This document shows, piece by piece, positions 13,776-25,570 of a stretch of 64,000 bases of DNA. The first letter of the stretch is position 1. The number at the start of each line of letters is the position of its first letter. Both the position numbers and the translations under genes were made by a program. Source of the stretch: Eledone cirrhosa (lineage: Eukaryota); NCBI GenBank assembly GCA_964016885.1, contig OZ024742.1, positions 147,498,001-147,562,000 on the forward strand. The letters are read 5' to 3'. The notes under the pieces are model-generated. The model made no database searches. It saw only the letters and a list, made by a program, of their open reading frames with translations, and was not told the DNA's origin.

Positions 13776-16700
13776 GATCTTCAAGGTGGCAGTAACATCT
13801 GACAGTTGTTGAGCAAAAGTATGAAGTCCTGGGAAACAGAGTTAACATCAGGTGAGATGATAAAGGAAATTGACACTGAAGAAGGATACAAATATTTAGG
13901 TGTTCTGGAGACAGATGACATCAAGAACAAAAAAATGAAGGAATTGATAAGATCTGAGTACATAAGGAGAGCAAGGAGCGTATTAAAATCACACCTAAAT
14001 AGTAGAAATGTCATAAGTGCAGTAAATTCCCGAGCTGTATCTATTATTAGGTACAGTGGTGGTGGATTGGCAGTATCGGTAGAGGGTCGGACGCCATGCT
14101 TTCCAGCATAGTTACGTCCCTTTATGATCTGAGTTCAAATCCCGCCGAGGTTGACTTTGCCTTTCATCCTTACGGGGTCGATAAAATAAAGTACCAGTAA
14201 TGCACTGGGTAATTGCTGGCCTTGTGCCTAAAGTAGAAACAATTATTAGGTACAGTGCAAGAATTCTGAAATGGAATTGTGCTGAACAAAAAGAAATGGA
14301 TAGGAAGACTAGGAAACTATTGACTATCTACAACATGTTCCACAAGAGGAGTGATGTCGATAGACTCTACTTAAAGAGATCTGAAGGTGGAAGAGGTCTT
14401 ATCAGCATAGAGGACTGTGTTCAGATGGAGAAAAACAACCTGCACAAATATGTGACTGACAATAGGGAGCCAATGCTCAAAATTGTACTGAAGGAGAAGA
14501 CAATAGATCAGGGGATGTCCAAGGAGGAAATAACAATAAGGAGGAAGAGCAACCTTCATGAAAAATCCCTTCATAGTACCTTCTTTAAGAAAACGGAATT
14601 TAGAGATCACAGACATGGAACTGGTTAAAAAGAGGAGACCTTAAAAAAGCTACAGAAGGAATGCTAATGGCTGCGCAAAAGCAAGCCCTCAGAACGAAGT
14701 GGGTGAAACACCATATTGACAAGGAGGAGGCTAGCTCACTGTGTAGGATCTTTGGAGAGAGAGAGGAGACTGTGGCTCACATTGTATCCTTGTGTAAACA
14801 CCTAGCCCAGACTCACTATAAAGGCTGGAGACATGATATGATGGGCAGGGTGATCCACTGGCATCTATGCAAAGTAAACAATTTACCACATTCTAAGAAG
14901 TGGTATGAGCATAAACCAGAGTTGGGGATAGAAAACGATCAAGTGAAGGTGCTGTGGGATTTTAGGATACAGACGGAGAAGAAATTAAACACAATAGGCC
15001 TGACCTGGTGGTTTTGGACAAGGAAAAAAGATCGTGCCTGATTGTAGATGTAGCCTGCCAATTTGACACGAGAGTGCAAGAAAAGGAGAGGGAGAAAATT
15101 AACCAATACCAGGATTTAAAGTGGGAGTTAAAAAGGATTTGGGACTGTCATGAGATCAAGGTAGTCCTGGTTGTCATAGGAGCACTAGGTACTATCTCGA
15201 AGAGTTTTCAAGGATGGTTAAAGAAGATTAGTCCAGCCCCGCTTTTTGGAACACTTCAAAAGGCATGCTTGCTGGGATCAGCAAGAACCCTCCGATACAT
15301 CCTGAATATCTGAGGCTGCAGGTAGAGGCTTGATATTCATTTCAACAAACTTTCCAGTTAAATAACATCAATGACTGAGACTCAAAGAACAATAATAATA
15401 ATAATGATTTCTAATTTTGGCACAAGGTCAGCAATTTAAGAGAAGGGAAAGTCAATTATATTGACCCCAGTGCTTAAGTGGTACTTTATTTTATCAACCT
15501 CAGAATAGATGAAAGGCAAAGTTGACCTCAATGGGATTTGAATTCAGAGCATAATGCTGTAAAGCATTTTATCTGATGTTCTAACAACTCTGCCAATAAT
15601 AATAATAATAAATACCTATAATAATAATAGGTGCTCTAGGTATGATAAAAAAACACAGACAAATACATAATCAAAACCCCAAGACTTACAAATATATACA
15701 GCATACAAAAGATAGCACTACTAGGCACTGCACACATATTATGAAAAGTACTCTTAATACAATAGAAACAACATCAGCAAAAACTACACTGCTCATATCC
15801 AAGGCGCACAGAGCTGTGCTTGGTAAAGCAGTAATGATGTGCAATAAAAATAATAATGGAAATAATAATGGTTTCTATTTTTGGCACAAGGCCAGCAATT
15901 CTGGTACTTTATTTTATCGACCTTGTAAGGATGAAAGGCAAAATTAACCTCAGCGAGATTTGAACTCAGACCTCTGCTTCCCTCCTAGCTAAGTATACTT
16001 GTCGCCCAACTTCCCTCTTGGTCTCTATGTAATGTACCCTGTTCCCCCCGTTCTTCCATTCTTTCCATGCCTGTCTCTTGGCCTTAACTGCCTCATCTAC
16101 CTTATTGTTCCACCACCAAGTCACTCTCCTCCTGCTTGTGGTCTTACTCCAGCCACAGACCTCATCTGTCGCCTCTAGTAAGTTATTTTTTAGGAACTCC
16201 CAGTTCTCTTCTACATTGAATGTCTCTATCTGTTCTTCTTTACTGTCGTAGGCGTTGAGTAAAATATCTTTAAATCTGTTACTGGCTGAGGGGTCTTTCA
16301 GCTTCCAGATCTTTCTTCTCCAGGTTGGCCTCCGTTTCCAGGTTCGTCTAGTTCTGACCGTGAGGTCGCTGACAACTAAGCTATGTTGGGATGTAAATTC
16401 CTCACTAGGGAAGGCTTTTGTGTTTACGACCGTCCATCTGTCACGTCCTCTGATGAGGATAAAATCTATCTGACTAGAATGCTCCCCTGATCTATAGGTG
16501 ATCTGGTGGTTGTCGGGTTTTTTGAAGTTTGTGTTACATATCGACATGTCATTGGCGTCGCAGAATTCTAGAAGTCTGAATCCTTCTTCATTTCTTGTGC
16601 CAACCCCGTGGCCTCCATGTACTCTATTGAAGCCGTCACAGTGTTTACCTACGTATCCGTTAAAATCTCCTGCGATGATTAGGAAGTCATTGTCGTTTGT

Positions 16701-18352
16701 TAGAGCAGTAGTGTGCATTAGGAACTCATAAAATCTATCCTTAAATTCGTCTGGCAACCCCGGTTGGGGTGCGTAAGCTGATATTATTGTGGTAATTGTT
16801 TTATTCAGGACTAGTTTGAGTTTAATGATTCTTGCATTTAGCCTGTGCAGAGATTACTTTATCTACCCACTTGTCAGCTAGTAGTATACCTACACCACCC
16901 ATCCCATCGTCATTTCCCACCCAGAAAAATTTGTAGCACTGACTTTTTCCTACAAGGACTCTAGCAGACTCTCCTCTCCATCTAGTCTCTTGCACACAGC
17001 ATACATCAATTTCCTTTCGCTCTAGCATCTCTACGATTTCTCCTGCTCTTCCTTTCATTGTGCTTATATTGATGGTACCAACTCGGAGTTTTGGGCATTT
17101 GTCGACACTCGTAGGGAAGGGTTGATTTTTGCAGCGGGGTGTGTGTGTGCTTCCTCTCTCTGGATTGGGGCTTCACATGGGTGCTTGGTAGCTCGCGGAT
17201 TCATATTCATTTCATCTATTAATTCAGAGTTGCTCCAATTTATTCTCAGCTCATCCATACATAACATAGGAAAATTATATATATATATTAGGTTCATGTG
17301 TGTATATCATCATCATCATCATCATCATCATCAACGTTTAACGTCCGTGTTCCATGCTTGCATGGGTTTGGACGGGGGTAGTCCCACTTGAGGCAAGAGT
17401 GATTGTCTTGCTCGCATAGGACTGTCTGGCAGGTTTTCTACAGTTGGATGCCCTTCCTAACACCAACCACATTTACAGTGTGGGTCTGGGAGGTTTTTAC
17501 CGTGTTGCCTACACGGCCACATTACAGCGTGGACTGTGTGTTTTTTTTGTCGTGACACCTACACGATCTCATTTGTTTCGGCCTGGATGGCGCGGCACCA
17601 ACATAACTTTACATAGAACGGGGTGGTGTGGATGGGGTGGGGGTGGTGGTGGTGGGACGGGGTGTATTTTGTTAGAGATGCCTACTGGCTGGAGTAGGTT
17701 TTACTATATATTTAGGTAAGGCGGGTCTTCTCTGTTACTGAGTACCGCCAAAGGTCTCGGTCCAGTGACATTGTCTTGGAGAGGTGTAAGTGTGTGATGT
17801 CGGAGTTTATCAGCTCGTCCCAGGTTTTTCTAGGTCTGCCTATTCCGTGACTACCGTCTATCTTTATTGCCCTGCACTTTGTTATACAGCTATCGACTTT
17901 CATGCGCATCACGTGTCCATACCAACGTAGCCTTCTCTCGAGTAAACAACATCTGATCCCTCTTATCTCTAATTTTTTCCTTAGTTCGTTTATGCTTGGA
18001 CTATGTATGAAATTGAAGCGTGGAGTAGATAGAAAAATGTGTACGTTACGATTACATGGGTACACCGTAGTAGGAATAATTGAAGCAGCAATGGATTGGC
18101 GAAAAGTGAATAAACATAAGGGGAATTTATCTTATATATATATATATATGTGTAGCTAAGAGAGAGAGAGAGGGGAAGGGGAAGAGAGAGAGAGGGGAAG
18201 GGGGAGAGGAGAGAGTGGCTGACCGCTGCCCCTCGTGTGAAGTAGATGGAGGGTGAAGGGTGTAGAAGCGGGATTTTTGACTTTCGAAGTAGCATAATAT
18301 ATATATTTAAAGGAATTTATAAGAAGTAGAATGGGAAGGATTTTGTTTTTTG

Positions 18353-18404
<52 letters not shown>

Positions 18405-21400
18405 ATATATATATATATAAATGGTGATGATGATACATGTCTCTTTCTATCTATAGCCAGCAGCATTATCAGTAGATAAACATACATCCCCACCTCTCTC
18501 TCTCTATCTATCTATGTATCTATATACCTACTTACATGTATTGCTGCTGGCTATGACTTTTTTAAATTGTCAACCAAAAATCTCCCATCCATTTCAATGT
18601 AATTCTACATGCTGTCATATGAAACAGTAGCCTGGAGATATACAGGTATAAAGTTCAATGCAAACTTAAGTGATATCTCCCATTTCTTCCTTCCAGGCAA
18701 TCTTAATATAATGTATAATTAAGATTTATAGAATTTTCCAGCAGTGAAGAAATATTGAAAACTAAATATTTTTGGAAGAAAATTTCAGTTATATATATGT
18801 GCAGGTATGGCTGTGTGATTAAAGCATCTGCTTTACAACCATGTAATTTCAGGTTCAGAGCTACTTCATTTTGGGTAAGCGTTTCTACTATAGGCTTAAG
18901 TTGATCAATGTCTTCATCATCTTTATCATCATAGTTACGTCCCTTTACGATCTGAGTTCAAATCCCGCCGAGGTTGACTTTGCCTTTCATCCTTACGGGG
19001 TCGATAAAATAAAGTACCAGTAATGCACTGGGTAATTGCTGGCCTTGTGCCTAAAGTAGAAACAATTATTTAACTCTTTAGCATTTAAACCAGTCATATT
19101 CAAGCAGAATTCTCTCGCCTCTTTCTGTTCAAACTGGCTTAACTCATACTGATGTTAAGGTGTTGTTCTCAAAATAAATAGCATCAAAATTTCATAGATT
19201 CAATATTATGTGAGATAATTATGTGAGGTAAAGCCTTTTTCAGTCCTTTGTTTAGCATTGGATGTATCTCCTAATGCTAACCACTTTATAAAGTGAAACT
19301 TGGTAGATGTAAACTGTAGAAGCTTGGCATTATATATATATATATATATATACGATGCCTGCATACGAACAGCAATGCTGCATGGCAGTGAGACCTGGGC
19401 ATTGTGTGCAGAGGATATACGCAGACTAGAGAGGAACGAAGCTTGCATGCTCCGCTGGATGTGCAATAGTAATATACGTGAACGGCAAAGCATAAACGAA
19501 CTAAGGAAAAAATTAGAAATAAGAGGGATCAGATGTTGTTTACTCGAGAGAAGGCTACGTTGGTACGGTCACGTGATGCGCATGAAAGACGACAGCTGTA
19601 TAACAAAGTGCAGTGCAATAAAGATAGACGGTAGCCACGGAGTAGGCAGACCCAGAAAAACATGGGACGAGCTGATAAATTCCGACCTCACACGCTTACA
19701 CCTCTCCAAGACAATGTCACTGGACCGAGACCTTTGGCGGTACTCAGTAATAGAGAAGACCCGCCTTACCTAAATACAAAGTAAAAACCTACTACAGTCA
19801 GTAGGCATCTCTATCAAAACACACCCCCGTCCCACCACCTCCACCCCACCCACACCGCCCCTTTCAATGTAAAGTTATGTTGGTCCCACAACATCCAGGC
19901 CGAAACAAATGAGATCGTGTAGGTGTCACGACAAAAAACACACAGTCCACGCTGTAAATGTGGCCGTGTAGGCAACACGGTAAAAACCTCCCAGCCCCAC
20001 ACTGTAAATGTGGTTGGTGTTAGGAAGGGCATCCAGCTGTAGAAAACCCGCCAGACAGTCCACGCTGTAATGTGGCCGTGTAGGCAACACGGTAAAAACC
20101 TCCCAGCCCCACACTGTAAATGTGGTTGGTGTTAGGAAGGGCATCCAACTGTAGAAAACCCGCCAGACAGTCCTATGCGAGCAAGACAACCACTCTTGCC
20201 TCAAGTGGGAAAACCCCGTCCAAACCCATGCAAGCGTGGAACACGGACGCTAAACCTGATGATGATGATGATGATGATATAGATGCAAAAGTTCTATTTA
20301 AAATTGTTGGGATACAACAAGTAAATATTTTATAACTGATATAAAGCACTCAACAAGTTTTTGGAGTAGATATATATATATATATATATATATATATGAC
20401 ATAAACTCCATACAATGTGTACAATGTAAATATTGAGTACACAAGAGATGTAGTGGGATAAAGGATAGGCTAACAGGAAGGGAAGTCTTTGTATGTTGAA
20501 GATGCACAGGGTTAATCGAGGGAAAGATAGCCAGTAATGTAAGCCTATTCCAGTCACAGGACGGACCCATAGAAGTGGTTGATAATTTCTGCTATCTAGG
20601 CAATGTAATTAGCAATGGAGGAGGGTTCTCAGAGAACATAGTAGCTAGAATAAGGATAAGAAAAAGTTCAGAGAGCTAATACCACTGTTGACCACAAAAG
20701 GTTTCTCTCTTTGTACAAAGGGATGACTGTATGGTGCCTGTGTGCGAAGTGCAATGCTGCATGCATGGTAGTGAAACATGGGCTGTAACTGCAGAGGACA
20801 TGCATAGACTGGAGAGAAATGAAGCTGTTGGGTGTGCAATGTAAATGTGAGAGAAAGATAGAGCTTGGAAGAGTTCAGGGAGAAGCTAAGTTTAAGAGGA
20901 ATCCGAGGTGGTGTGCAGGAGAGAAGACTGTGTTGGCTTAGACATGTGCTGTGCATGGACAATGATCATTGGGTAAAGAAGTGCCAGAAAATGTCAGTGG
21001 AAGGAAGTTGCAGTAGAGGTAGACCAAGAACGACCTGGGCAGAGGTTGTGAGAGCTGACCTTGAATCACTGAAACTCACTGAGATGATGACAAAGGATCG
21101 CGATGTGTGGAGAGATGCCATGCAAGCAAGGAAAAGCGGATGTAAAAATTGTGATGATGATGATGATGACACATATATATATATAAATACATGCACACAT
21201 GCACACACACACATATATATTTACAAAGAACAAAACCATTCTCAGTTTTCATTCATGGAGTTTATCAGCTACATCTACCTGAATCCAGAAAATATGCCGA
21301 AAGCCACTGCAAGAGCCACTGTTGAGATGCAAAAACCAAAATGGTAGATTATGTTAATAATAAGATCACTGGTGTTTCTGTGGTTGTCTTCCTGAAATAA

Positions 21401-24400
21401 GCATAAAAATAATACAAGTTGACAATAATGATAGAAAAAAAGACATCACAAAAGATTTATAGTATTATATGATACAATGAAAATGCATTAGTGAAACTGC
21501 CTTAGTTTTAAAATTATAGTTTATTTCTTTTTTGTTTTAAGTAACAGCCTTAACAAAAGAAACAAAAATATATAAGAAATATATATATCATATCATAGCG
21601 ATAAGCAGCCAAAGGATATGATAAAATTATATCTGTATATATACAGAACAGAGGTAACCAAAACTGTGTAAATGTGTATAGAAATGTACACATTTTTAGT
21701 ATATAGACATGTAAACATACCAAATATACATATTTCTCTATAAATTGAAAAAAATAGCAAATATTTTTAATTGATTTTCAAACCTAGTAGGGTTTTCATC
21801 AGAAGCTATGTATATCATCTTAACAACTACAATATGCAACTGTGGGGCTTATATGCTCTATCACTTATAATGATATTCTGAAATGGACATACTGATTTGC
21901 ATATTATTAGTGCTCATGTTGGTAGTTAATTAAGATATATATTAAGTTGTGCAATAAGCAGCCAAAGTATATGGTAAAGTTATATCTGTGTATATACAAA
22001 ATAGAATCCAAATCTGAGATCAGATCTCATTGGGTGGTTAACTTCGATTTTTATCTTCCGATAAATTACAGTACCAAGGTGGCGAATTGGCAGAGTCATT
22101 AGATCATTGGATAGAATGCTTTGTGACATTTGTTCTGGCTCTGTGCTCTCTGAGTTCAAATCTCACCATGGTTAACTTTGCCTTTCATTCTTTCAAGGAG
22201 GTCAAATATACTGGGGTTGATTCTTCTGCTATATATCTTTCCCATTTCATTTCTCTCTCTCTATCCTTCTCTGGAAGAAATCTGTTGTGTTCAGATCTGG
22301 AGAGAAGATGGGCTTTGCCAGGTTTTAAAATGTCCAAGAAATGCTGTATGTTGATATGGTACCACTATGACTCCATTAGGAATTATGGGTAAAGGAAGGA
22401 AAGAAAGTAATGTACCAATCAAATACTAATAAAAGGTTGATTTAATTGGCTGATCTTTCTTCCTGTCAAATCTGCAGTCTTGCACCAAAATCAGAAATTA
22501 CCATTGCAAAGCTATGGTTGACAAAGGTATTCTGTCAACACTCTGAGTCTCTGAGATAAGCTGAAGAACAAGCATATACAAACCAACAAACAAATACAGA
22601 CACTCATTGTCAAGTATGAACTCATAACAAACACAAATATTTCTTTAGCTCTACGCAGCCAATATCATATGTACTCTGCACGGAGGTCAGTCACTAGGAT
22701 TTGGTGCTTAGAGGAAGGGGCTTCAAGATATTTTGAGTGGGCATTCTAATTCCCTAGAGAATTTTTTTACTGGTTTCTTTGGTCAATTATTTTTTGCTTG
22801 TTTTTAACATTTTTGTTCTTCACTAACTTTTCTTCTCAAAGCAAAAACAGTCAAGACTTCAAGAAACATATTTCAGGATATTCTTTTATAAACAATATTT
22901 TCTAAATCTGAGGGTGTGCCATTGAAAAGTAGGGGGGCAGTATCATCCAATAGTCCCCTTTGGGTATGGGCTTGATTGCATAACCAAAAATCAAATATAT
23001 AGTGGTAGAATGTTCTATTAATGTTAACTAGCAGAAAAATCACCCTTCCAGTGGTTTTCTGCTAGCTTGTGTAGTGTGTATATTGATATTATACACAAGT
23101 ATATATACATGTATATATGATACATCAAATAAAATCGTAATTGACAATATACACAGAAATTGAATGAAGACTGTGTTACACTGTCCTATTTAATCAGTAA
23201 CGTAATCCATGATACATTAAAAAAAGACGATATTATATATAAACTGCATTGGAGAAAATTAGTGACAGAAAATTAGTATGTTTATTTAAGTGATCACCAC
23301 CGGAAGTGTTGACATCACACACTCTCTCTTTCTATATATATGGCAGTTGAAGTGGTGGTGGTGGCAACAATATACCGGAAGTGCAACTTTGAAAAGAAGT
23401 CAATTTTAAATTATTTATTTTTACGAAATTATTTTTGTTTACGAAATTTAGTAGATAAATTATGTAATATTCATTCATTATTTATTCAAAGTAATCCAAC
23501 TTATTTTACTAACGGGATAAAAAAAATAAACCGTATGCAGTCCCGCAGACCTTCCTTTATTATAGTTTAGATTTGCTTAGTCCTTTATATTATAACAACT
23601 TGATAGTCATCAATTCACAATAATTGATTTATTCATTTAGCAGGAAATGAACAAAACCCAGCTTCATTTCTTCTCCTTATTATTGCCACACTATGCAGGT
23701 TCTGTGGATTACAAACAATATCTTGGCATTGGGAAGGGCATCCAGCTATAGAAACCAGACCAATAACAGGATGTAGTCACCTGAAACATAGGATGTAGTC
23801 ACCTGAACAGTCTGGCCTGAATATGTGTTTGCCTGTCTAACCCAACTATAAGCATGGAAAATAGTTATATAATGGTGATTATGATGATTTAAAAAAGAGA
23901 AAAGAGTTAATCATCAGATCAGACCAAGGAAACAATATTTCTATTAGATACCATCTGCCAATACAAATAAATGGCAGAAGGAAGCAGGATTTGAATTCAG
24001 AATGCACAGAGACAGATCATATACTGCTAAGCATCCCTTCTAATGCTTTTAACAATTTTGCCAATCCACTACTTTATTTTATTGACCCTGAAAGGATGAA
24101 AGGCAAAGTTGACCTTGGAACATCAGAACATATACTGAGGCATTGAACCTGATGCTCTACTGACTCTGCCAATTCACTGCCTGTCTAGATATCTTTTTGT
24201 TCCTGCTGAAAGACATTCTGGCAAGTTACCAGAATTAGCAATAGATGTCAGAAATTAAAATAAAATAAATGGGCAGCTTTAATAAAGCAACTATTAAGTA
24301 ACATACGTTGGAAGCTAAAATTGATGTTACATTTATTTTATAGTCATCTGTGAAACAAGAGGAATAGTTTGCCTTTTCATTCCAGGTACCATTCTCATTG

Positions 24401-25515
24401 CAGACTCGTGTGGCATTCTCTGAAAACAGAACATAAATATATTAAAATTAGTGAATAGTAATAATTGAAGTTGTCTTTTCCTCACCCCATAAATATCTAT
24501 AATAATATTTTGATTGTCCCATACATTTAAGTGCTACTATTTCAACTACCTTAATAGTTCAAAACAGATAACTTGATATTTGTTAAATAATTAGAACAAA
24601 TACCACATGATAGTTTATCTGATTCCCTGGCGATTCTGCCAATCCATACAATAGACATAACGTGTTCATATGTTTTTTATTAGGGTGGTGGACAACATTG
24701 GTAGTGTGAAGAGAGGAAACTTGTATGCATGAACATCCATAAAAAAATAAATCTTGGAGAGGAACGTGAGATGCAAATCCATGGTTTCATGAGACATATT
24801 GTCTTATATAACTAATTCTGCAATCAACACTTGAAATCATGCATCATGATTGGTTGATGAAACTAGGTCATTGAAATATGTATAGTTTTTTCACTGAATT
24901 AAAATTTTAAAGAAACTTTCCAGTCCGGCCTTCTGTTGAATTTATATATATATATATATATATATATCCTCATTATCACCGTTTTGATGATGATGATATA
25001 TATTATATATAAGTCCCACCCTTGCAAGTAGGGAAAAGTGGACATAAAATGATGATGATGCAAGAGATGTCAACATGAATGGACCTATTATTTTTATCTA
25101 AAGACACTTTTTCCAATTCCATCCCGCCCGTCCCCTTAATCTATTTTATTTCTCATTCTTTCTTCTGATGAAGGACTAGCGTCCAAAACGTTAAGACCCT
25201 CTTCCTGCTATATCAAGCGTTAACCTAATATATACCTTCCATATACTGTACTGATTGTGTTGTTATTTCAGTTTACCTTTTACATACACATATATAAAGC
25301 AAAGTCTATTTGTTGTGGAAGAAAAGATGAATATAGAAAATACAACAATTCTGGTTTATTATATATAGCTTTACTTCACCTCACAAAAGGAAAACTATGA
25401 TTGCTTCAAATCGTAAATACAATCGATGACTAGAGTTTTCAATAATGATTATAGTGTTGCAGGCAGTCCTTTTTTTACTTTTTGCTGTTCCTTTAAAAAG
25501 TGACAAAATGGTAGT

Positions 25516-25570
<55 letters not shown>

